Below the pieces are notes generated by a model. That model was not told the origin of the DNA and ran no database searches. It saw only the letters and a program-made list of their open reading frames with translations. A stretch of 64,000 nucleotides of DNA from a virus (lineage: Duplodnaviria; Caudoviricetes), in IMG/VR virus record IMGVR_UViG_3300025723_000017, positions 1-64,000 of that record; one strand, 5' to 3'. Made by a program: the position numbers and the translations under genes. Shown here piece by piece: positions 48,418-55,597 of the stretch (position 1 is its first letter; each line of letters opens with the position of its first letter).

Positions 48418-48753
48418 ATGGCAAAGAAAAAATTTATTTTATCATTGATTTTAGCATTTACTGCCACCTCATCATTGGCTCAATATCACAGTGGACATAC
48501 GTATCATGGTCCAGTAGTCGTTAATCGTTATTATGGACATGGCGGATGCTATGGCTGTGGTATCGGTGCTGCAATTGTAGGTGGTACTATTATTGGATCT
48601 GTCTTATCACGACCTTACTATGCTCCTGCTCCGATTATTGTTACTCCACCCCCGATAGTGTATACAACCCCAGATGTTCCGTACGGATATCATTGGCAAA
48701 CCATGTTAGATTCTACATGTAATTGTTATCGAAATGTGTTGGTTCCCAATTAA
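48418..48753 (+). CDS. Exported Gly/Pro/Tyr-rich small protein
   Basis: Signal peptide, glycine-zipper-like GAAIVGG..IG, Pro-rich segment, CNC; late promoter at 48378. Confidence 0.7.
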   Translation: MAKKKFILSLILAFTATSSLAQYHSGHTYHGPVVVNRYYGHGGCYGCGIGAAIVGGTIIGSVLSRPYYAPAPIIVTPPPIVYTTPDVPYGYHWQTMLDSTCNCYRNVLVPN

Positions 48754-48780
48754 TATTATACAGCGATAGTAGAATTTTTT

Positions 48781-48798
48781 TATAGTATAAATACTATA
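48781..48798 (+). promoter_or_regulatory. Late promoter TATAAATA embedded in an inverted repeat
   Basis: TATAGTAT-AA-ATACTATA; TATAAATA at 48786-48793, 7 nt before the ATG. Confidence 0.65.
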
Positions 48799-48800
48799 CT

Positions 48801-49628
48801 ATGAAAAAAATACTATTACTTTTGACATTATTGCTTACAAACACAGTGGCTATGGCCCAACTGTCTACATCTGCCGTGCCTCTTCCGCCAGATATCGCTG
48901 CAATTAAAAAACGAAATGTTTTAGTTGTAGCAATGACTAAGCAAGATTCCCCTCCCTTTTACAGCGGTGATGCAGAACATCTACAGGGATTAGATGTTGA
49001 TATTGCCAAAAGCATAGCACATATATTAAATGTACCTGTTGAATTTCGTCGAGATGCAGCTAGTTTTGCCGATGTTGCTGAACAAGTACGAGATGGTCGT
49101 GCCGACATAGCTGTCAGTAAATTATCTATTACCCCGCCAAGATTACAAACATTAAGATTTAGTGTTCCTTATCTACGTCTTAAACAGGCTATGATAGTTA
49201 ATCGCTTATGGTTAAGCAAAAATTTAGACGGCAGAGAACCTTATGAAGCAATAAGAAATTTTAATGGTCGTTTGAGTTTTATCAAAAACAGCAGCTATGA
49301 AACATTTGCAAAAATTAATTTTCCCAATGCCGAGTACAACTCCGAAGTAAATTGGGGGAAAATTGTAGAAGATGTAATGTCTGGACGTAGTGCTGGTGCA
49401 TATCGAGATGAGTTTGAAATGAAAAAAATCAGTTTCGAAAAACCAGATGCAGCACTTAGTACTAAAGTAATCACTATAAGCGATGCTGTCGATGATATTG
49501 CAGTAGCAGTTAATTACCAATCGCCGCAATTACTGGCTATAATTGACTATGTTATTACTAATCAATATAGCAACATTAATGTTAAAAAATTAATGGATCG
49601 TTATAAATCAGAAATTTCAAAGAAATAA
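48801..49628 (+). CDS. Periplasmic amino-acid substrate-binding protein (family 3)
   Basis: Signal peptide; PPF, G.DVDIAK.IA..L, V.DG.ADIA.S..SITP.R...FS.PY. Confidence 0.88.
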   Translation: MKKILLLLTLLLTNTVAMAQLSTSAVPLPPDIAAIKKRNVLVVAMTKQDSPPFYSGDAEHLQGLDVDIAKSIAHILNVPVEFRRDAASFADVAEQVRDGRADIAVSKLSITPPRLQTLRFSVPYLRLKQAMIVNRLWLSKNLDGREPYEAIRNFNGRLSFIKNSSYETFAKINFPNAEYNSEVNWGKIVEDVMSGRSAGAYRDEFEMKKISFEKPDAALSTKVITISDAVDDIAVAVNYQSPQLLAIIDYVITNQYSNINVKKLMDRYKSEISKK

Positions 49629-49643
49629 TCGGGATAAATCATA

Positions 49644-50936
49644 ATGTCATATTTAAAAAGTTTTTTAACGAGTCCATGGACCATATTAGGTTCTATTATA
49701 TTAGGGGTACTGACGGGAATTTATACTCCTGAGTTTGCAGTAAATTTTGAACCTGTTGGCGGTATCTATATTAGCTTATTAAAAGTTGTTGTATTGCCAT
49801 TCTTATTTGCTACTATTATGGTAGGTGTAATTAATCTACTGCAAAAAGAAGGCAGTCAGACTATGATTAAGCGTATCATTTTGGGATTCCTAGCAAGTAT
49901 GTTTCTTTCCTCGCTGATAGGAGTGGGTACAGTGGTTATTACAGGAAGCGAAATGACCACTGAAAAGAAAATACAATTGGGAGCATTGGTTAATAATAAA
50001 GATCAATCTTCGGACATGAATATTACATTGCACGAACCTATGCCTGTAACTGAAAAAGTTAATCCAATGGCAGTAGCCGATAAATTTATTCCTGAAAATA
50101 TTTTTGCCACATTGGATCGCGGAGAAAGTTTAAAGATTGTTATATTTTGTTTAATATTTGGTATTGCATTAGGCAGTATCAAATCCCCAGGACAGCGTAT
50201 TATAGTGGATATATTCCAAAGTGTACAACTAGCTAGTATCAGTATTTTCAAATTCTTAAACTATGGATTACCATTTGCTCTATTGGCTATGATTAGCGCA
50301 CAAGTAGCCAAAGTAGGCGTAGGTATATTTGGCACAATGATAGAATTTATCTATCAGCAGTTTATTGGCGGCATGTTAATCGTTATTGTAGGAACACTAG
50401 TAATTTGGGTAAGAGCTGGTGGCAGTATTATGAATGTAATAAGAGAAACCAAAGAAACGTTGATTGTTGCAGTAAGCTCACGCAGTAGTTTGGCATGTAT
50501 TCCTTATGCACAAGAAGCACTGTCTAGATTACAATTTGACAAATCTGGAGTTGAACTTACGGTTCCATTAAGTTTTACTGTTAATCGAGTTGGTAGTGTA
50601 TTGTATTATGCTATTGCGACTGTTTTCATTGCCAATATATATGATACTCCAATGACAATTGGAACCTTAATGGTGGTATTATTTGGCAGTATATTAGCTG
50701 GATTAGCCAGTGCTGGTACTACTGGTATACTAACAGTGGCTACTGTGGCTGTTGTTTGCGATTTATTAAAATTGCCGAGCGAGGCAGTGCTAGTACTATT
50801 GATAGCCGTTGACCCATTGATGGATATGATTCGTACTGCAAGTCATGTACATGGTAATGTTGCAGTGACTGCATTTGTATGTGATAAGGAAAAACAAGAT
50901 GAGCGAAATCAAACAATTCCTACTCAATCTACTTGA
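49644..50936 (+). CDS. Dicarboxylate/amino acid:cation symporter (DAACS, GltP family)
   Basis: Multi-TM; IP.N.F, SSRSS..P, PL..TVN..G, LAS.G, VDP.MDM.RT. Confidence 0.92.
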   Translation: MSYLKSFLTSPWTILGSIILGVLTGIYTPEFAVNFEPVGGIYISLLKVVVLPFLFATIMVGVINLLQKEGSQTMIKRIILGFLASMFLSSLIGVGTVVITGSEMTTEKKIQLGALVNNKDQSSDMNITLHEPMPVTEKVNPMAVADKFIPENIFATLDRGESLKIVIFCLIFGIALGSIKSPGQRIIVDIFQSVQLASISIFKFLNYGLPFALLAMISAQVAKVGVGIFGTMIEFIYQQFIGGMLIVIVGTLVIWVRAGGSIMNVIRETKETLIVAVSSRSSLACIPYAQEALSRLQFDKSGVELTVPLSFTVNRVGSVLYYAIATVFIANIYDTPMTIGTLMVVLFGSILAGLASAGTTGILTVATVAVVCDLLKLPSEAVLVLLIAVDPLMDMIRTASHVHGNVAVTAFVCDKEKQDERNQTIPTQST

Positions 50937-51507
50937 ATGGATAGGACATAGTCCTTTTAGATTATTTACAGTAATATTATTGTGTTTCTTAACCTTTATT
51001 GGGTGGGTCGGATATACCGAAAAAGATAAATTCATGGAAAGCTATCGCGCCCAACAGGCATTGCCGCACATGAATGGTAAGTATGAAGAAGCGTCTAATT
51101 TTATAATCAAGAATAGTCAAGCAGAGTTAATTGCTATTTACGAAGTTAACACACTATTAAACACACGCAAGTTGATATATTTTACCACACGTAGTGGTGG
51201 GCAGGACACCACTAGGTATGGATCAGATGTTGGACTACTGACAAAAGATTATGACAATAATAATGATGTCATTTCCATGATGTCAGGTAAAGTTCCTTGT
51301 CAAACTTATGAACGTCCGCAAAGTTTTATGGGATTCGTGTATGTAGAGCATGGAGTAAAGTATATGTGCAGAATCAGTGTACCGACAGAACCTGGCACAT
51401 TCATAGGACAAATTTCAGTAGGTTGGAAAGAAATTCCCAGTAAACATGATATTGAAGTTGGACAAACTGTAATGTCAGTCGCCAGCGGTATATTGTATAA
51501 AAAATGA
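50899..51507 (+). CDS. Single-TM membrane protein with periplasmic GAF-like domain (T4 holin T-like architecture)
   Basis: Amphipathic N-terminus, one TM helix, ~160-aa C-domain ending 'YMCRISVP..GTFIGQISVGW...ASGIL'. Confidence 0.5.
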   Translation: MSEIKQFLLNLLEWIGHSPFRLFTVILLCFLTFIGWVGYTEKDKFMESYRAQQALPHMNGKYEEASNFIIKNSQAELIAIYEVNTLLNTRKLIYFTTRSGGQDTTRYGSDVGLLTKDYDNNNDVISMMSGKVPCQTYERPQSFMGFVYVEHGVKYMCRISVPTEPGTFIGQISVGWKEIPSKHDIEVGQTVMSVASGILYKK

Positions 51508-52190
51508 AACGGCTAGGCGTATTGGGTGGGATGGGACCAGCGGCTAGTGCAGAATTTCTTGTAAGATTGACTGAACAAACTCCAGCAGGATGTGATCAGG
51601 AACATATTCCTGTTGTGGTATGGAGTGATCCAACTGTGCCAGATCGCAGCACTAGTTTGATTAATCAAGATGATCAGCCTTGGCCTAAACTCTGTCAGGG
51701 TATGCTAGGATTAAAAGCGGCCGAATGTGATCATATAGTAATTCCCTGTAACACAGCACATTTTTGGTATGATCGAATGATGGAATTTGGTATACCGATT
51801 ACACATATTGTAGATAGTGTAGCTGATGAATTAAAGTCTCAAAATATAAAAGGTACCATTGGTATATTAGGAACTCGTGCCACCATGCGGTTGGGTCTGT
51901 ATGATCAAAGACTCACCGCAATGGGATGGGATTGTATAACTCCCACTGTAGAAGAAATAGAAAACTATGTGCAGCCTGGTATAGATTTAATTAAAGCTAA
52001 TCAATTCGAAATAGCTCATGGATTGTTTGTTACAGTTATCGAATCTTTAATTAATCGAGGGGCATCAGCAATAATTTTAGGCTGCACTGAAATTCCATTG
52101 GTTGTTAAAGAAACACAATATCATAGTATTAGTTTAATAAATAGCATTGACAGTTTAGTTAAATCGACTATTAATAAATTCAAAGGATAA
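51504..52190 (+). CDS. Aspartate/glutamate racemase family (RacX/YgeA-like)
   Basis: GVLGGMGP.A, PDR, IPCNTAH, ILGCTEIP; both catalytic cysteines present. Confidence 0.92.
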   Translation: MKRLGVLGGMGPAASAEFLVRLTEQTPAGCDQEHIPVVVWSDPTVPDRSTSLINQDDQPWPKLCQGMLGLKAAECDHIVIPCNTAHFWYDRMMEFGIPITHIVDSVADELKSQNIKGTIGILGTRATMRLGLYDQRLTAMGWDCITPTVEEIENYVQPGIDLIKANQFEIAHGLFVTVIESLINRGASAIILGCTEIPLVVKETQYHSISLINSIDSLVKSTINKFKG

Positions 52191-52193
52191 ATT

Positions 52194-52391
52194 ATGTTGA
52201 CATTTGTAAAATCATTAGTTATACTAGCAGTATTAGTAGGCACATACCATGGTATGTCATGGGCAATTGACAAAAAAGCCGATGAAAAAGCATTATCTAT
52301 GATAATGACTGAATATCAAACAAGTGCTCGCGAAGATGCAAGAGATCAGGCAATGAAAGCAATCGTAGATTCATATGTAGCTAAAAAATAA
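52194..52391 (+). CDS. Small membrane-anchored hypothetical protein
   Basis: Hydrophobic N-terminus, AAGGA RBS. Confidence 0.6.
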   Translation: MLTFVKSLVILAVLVGTYHGMSWAIDKKADEKALSMIMTEYQTSAREDARDQAMKAIVDSYVAKK

Positions 52392-53833
52392 TGGCCTATT
52401 CAGATAAAGTTTTAGATCATTATGAAAATCCTCGCAATGTGGGTTCATTTGCCAAAGACGATGCTGATGTTGGCACAGGCATGGTAGGAGCTCCTGCGTG
52501 TGGAGATGTAATGAAGTTACAGATAAAGGTATCAGATGGCGTTATTACAGATGCAAAGTTTAAGACCTACGGATGTTTAACTAGTAATACCCCTGTTAAT
52601 ACTCCAACATGCGTTAAAAAAATCAAAGATTTAAATATCGGAGATGAGGTACTGGCTTGGGATGGCAATCGCATTGTTAATCAAAAAATAAGAGATATAA
52701 TCAAACATTCAGTTGATATCAGTGATTTGTTGGTAGTTTCATTCCAACGAGAAACAAGTAGAAAAAATATCAATCCCGGCACCTTTTCGTTGATTTGTAC
52801 CAAAGAACACATATTTTGGAATGCCGATAATAATCCTGTAGAAGCACAACAACTACAGGTGGGGCAAGAATTATATGAAATAACCGAACATGAGTTAAGA
52901 ATTCTTACCAACAATAGACATCGAACAGAAATTAAACAGAAAAATAGCGCAAGAATGAAAAAATGGAACACCGAATTTGATCATTCTGTATTGCCACAGA
53001 ATCAACCCGGATATGTATGTAAGAACCCAGAAGCTAAAAAGCAACGCTCCAGTGCTGCTTCAATTAAAAACTGGCAAGATCCTAGTTATATTGAAAAGTG
53101 GCAACAAGGAATGGCACAACGAGATTGGTCTAAACCTACTAGTATTGAAAAAAAATATATTGATTTATTTGAAGAAAATAATGTAGCGGCAAGATGGAGT
53201 GCTGGAACAATATGGATTCAAACCACATCAGGCCCCGCAAGTCCGGATTTTATTGTTCCCGGCAAGAAAAAATGTATAGAAGTTTATACAAAGAAAATGC
53301 CAAAGTTTATGCAAGATAGATCAGAAGAATCGGATTATGTCCAAAAAAGAAGTCAACAACTTGCAACAGCAGGATACGATTCATTATTTTTGTCAGTAGA
53401 AGAAATTGAACAGGCACTGCCTAAGGTACAGAATTTTATACATAATGGCATGAAAATTATCGATATTTCTCCAATCACACATCATAATCAACTACGAGGA
53501 TGTGAGCGTGATGACAAAAATGTTGTAGTATATGATTTAAAATTAGAGGATGGTGCCCATGTATTTTTTACAAATAGAGTCGGCTCACACAACTGCGGAT
53601 CAGCAATCGCAAGTAGTTCTTTGGTCACTGAATGGGTCAAAGGAAAATCTCTCGAAGCTGCTGGATGTATTAGAAATAGCGACATTGCCCAAGAACTGGC
53701 ACTTCCACCAGTCAAAATCCACTGTTCAATCCTTGCCGAAGATGCAATTAAAGCAGCAATAGCTGATTATAGAAACAAACATGAAACTACCAATAGTTCG
53801 ATGGCCAGATCCAGTACTACTGACACCATGTAA
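52391..53833 (+). CDS. iscU: Fe-S cluster scaffold IscU, intein-containing precursor
   Basis: MAYSDKVLDHYENPRNVG..GAPACGDVM..FKTYG | intein | CGSAIASSS..LPPVKIHCSILAEDAIKAA. Confidence 0.95.
   Translation: MAYSDKVLDHYENPRNVGSFAKDDADVGTGMVGAPACGDVMKLQIKVSDGVITDAKFKTYGCLTSNTPVNTPTCVKKIKDLNIGDEVLAWDGNRIVNQKIRDIIKHSVDISDLLVVSFQRETSRKNINPGTFSLICTKEHIFWNADNNPVEAQQLQVGQELYEITEHELRILTNNRHRTEIKQKNSARMKKWNTEFDHSVLPQNQPGYVCKNPEAKKQRSSAASIKNWQDPSYIEKWQQGMAQRDWSKPTSIEKKYIDLFEENNVAARWSAGTIWIQTTSGPASPDFIVPGKKKCIEVYTKKMPKFMQDRSEESDYVQKRSQQLATAGYDSLFLSVEEIEQALPKVQNFIHNGMKIIDISPITHHNQLRGCERDDKNVVVYDLKLEDGAHVFFTNRVGSHNCGSAIASSSLVTEWVKGKSLEAAGCIRNSDIAQELALPPVKIHCSILAEDAIKAAIADYRNKHETTNSSMARSSTTDTM
52574..53593 (+). 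mobile_element. Intein (340 aa) with internal PD-(D/E)XK/Vsr-like endonuclease domain
   Basis: Block A CLTSNTPV, block B CTKEHIF, block F VVYDLKL, block G SHN|C; internal 'KPTSIE..PDF....CIEV'. Confidence 0.92.
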
Positions 53834-54275
53834 CACTTGGTTCTTTGACACGTTGACGGAACCTAATATAGAACAAGATCTCATCGATACATTGTTAGGT
53901 GAAAGTGCATTGGGACTAGCAGCAAATCAAGTGGGCATTCCTTATCGAGTATTGGCTATGAATGTACAAGCAGGTGAGTTTGCTGGACAACAGATAGTCA
54001 TGTATAACCCCGTTATTGATTCTGTCTCGACCGATCTATGGGAGCATAGCGAGGGTTGTTTGAGTTTTCCCGGAGTATGGTTATCTATCTCTCGTCCTAA
54101 TTCCGTTGATGCCAGTTGGCAAGACCAGGCGGGGATATCACATTCATCAACCTTTACGGGAATGGATGCCCGATGTTTCCTACATGAAATGGAACATTTA
54201 GATGGGCATGTATTCAAAGAACATGTAAGTGATCTGAAATTTACTCGAGCATTAACAAAAGCGAGGAAGAAATAA
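53781..54275 (+). CDS. def: Peptide deformylase
   Basis: GLAANQVG, EGCLS, HEMEHLDG motifs. Confidence 0.93.
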   Translation: MKLPIVRWPDPVLLTPCNTWFFDTLTEPNIEQDLIDTLLGESALGLAANQVGIPYRVLAMNVQAGEFAGQQIVMYNPVIDSVSTDLWEHSEGCLSFPGVWLSISRPNSVDASWQDQAGISHSSTFTGMDARCFLHEMEHLDGHVFKEHVSDLKFTRALTKARKK

Positions 54276-54502
54276 TGGGATTAGGCCCATCGGTTTGTCA
54301 GCATTGCCAGGTGATTGCTGAATACGAGCACAATGATATCGCACCCTTTCATCGCACTTGGTGTAAATACTGTGGTGAGACAGATATAACAGATTATTCA
54401 GGCTTGAATGATGAGCGTTGGGAAATGCTGGAAGATAATAGACGCCGACTTGAACGATTTCATAACTTTGTAAAAGGTATAGACAATGATAACAATAACT
54501 GA
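54275..54502 (+). CDS. Small Zn-ribbon hypothetical protein
   Basis: CQHC...CKYC; GAGG RBS. Confidence 0.6.
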   Translation: MGLGPSVCQHCQVIAEYEHNDIAPFHRTWCKYCGETDITDYSGLNDERWEMLEDNRRRLERFHNFVKGIDNDNNN

Positions 54503-54812
54503 AACAGCAGCAAAAAAAATCGTAGCTAACATAGCCAAGCGTGGGGCAGGTATTGGAATTCATGTTGGTGTAAAGACTACAGGATGCTCGGGACTGGCCT
54601 ATGTATTAGAATACTTGGATCATGCACCTGTTACTAGAGATTGGTTCCGTTATGAAAATGCCGGGGCTACGGTTTGGATTGCAGGAAGAGATCACGTATA
54701 CTTAGATGGATTAGAAATTGACTATGTACGTCGAGGACTCAACGAAGGCTTTGAGTTCCGGAATCCTCGGGAAAAGGCTCGCTGCGGATGTGGTGAATCG
54801 TTTACAATCTAA
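54486..54812 (+). CDS. iscA: A-type Fe-S carrier IscA
   Basis: GVKTTGCSGLAY, IDY, F.F.NP, CGCGESF. Confidence 0.93.
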   Translation: MITITETAAKKIVANIAKRGAGIGIHVGVKTTGCSGLAYVLEYLDHAPVTRDWFRYENAGATVWIAGRDHVYLDGLEIDYVRRGLNEGFEFRNPREKARCGCGESFTI

Positions 54813-54851
54813 AAGGTTGTTTTATATCAACTGGTTTGCTATACTTGATTA

Positions 54852-55571
54852 ATGTATACACCTAAATTTGACTATAAAAATCTATCACGAACTACTGATG
54901 AAGCAGGAAAGCGATTATATAGCACTCCCGACGGACGACGAGTTCCATCAGTCACTACAATTCTTTCCGCGACACAACCAGAAGAAAAAAAACAAGCATT
55001 ACAAAATTGGCGTAAATCAGTTGGAGTTGACCGTGCGCAAGCTATTACTACAGAGGCTGCTAATCGAGGTACTAGGATGCACAAATATCTCGAAGATTAT
55101 ATTCGCAATGGAGTAATAAGTGATCGTGGATCTAATCCCTATAGTTGGGCAAGTCATAGAATGGCACAAACTGTAATCGAAGATGGGCTCAAAAATGTTA
55201 ACGAAATATGGGGTGTAGAAATACCCTTATATTTCCCTCAATTATATGCTGGTACTACTGACGGATGTGGTATACACATGGGAGACGAAAGTATTCTTGA
55301 TTATAAACAAACAAATAAACCTAAAAAAATAGAGTGGATCGAAGATTACTACTTACAGTTGGTAGCGTATGCTTTAGCGCATAATGAAGTTTATGGAACA
55401 AATATACGTAAAGGAGTGATTTTGATGTGTGTCAAGCCTCCTGTAGATCCTAATACTATGGAACCAACTGAACGTCCTCAATATCAGGAATTTATCTTGA
55501 AACCTGAAGATTTCTCTCATTGGGAACAAGAATGGTGGAAACGATTAGAACTCTACTACACGAATAGCTAA
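54852..55571 (+). CDS. PD-(D/E)XK exonuclease
   Basis: PSVTTIL, RGT.MH..LE, YAGTTD, ILDYKQ, QL.AY. Confidence 0.85.
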   Translation: MYTPKFDYKNLSRTTDEAGKRLYSTPDGRRVPSVTTILSATQPEEKKQALQNWRKSVGVDRAQAITTEAANRGTRMHKYLEDYIRNGVISDRGSNPYSWASHRMAQTVIEDGLKNVNEIWGVEIPLYFPQLYAGTTDGCGIHMGDESILDYKQTNKPKKIEWIEDYYLQLVAYALAHNEVYGTNIRKGVILMCVKPPVDPNTMEPTERPQYQEFILKPEDFSHWEQEWWKRLELYYTNS

Positions 55572-55597
55572 ATACTTAATATTAAGGAATCAAGTAA

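Noticed and set aside
48418-54812. Bacterial contamination or chimeric assembly of host-like genes
   Set aside because: Same AT-rich composition, phage late promoters and overlapping gene junctions continuous with flanking phage genes; read-level confirmation was not possible.
54852-55571. Possible Cas4
   Set aside because: Lacks the four-cysteine Fe-S motif and has no CRISPR context; treated as a generic PD-(D/E)XK exonuclease.
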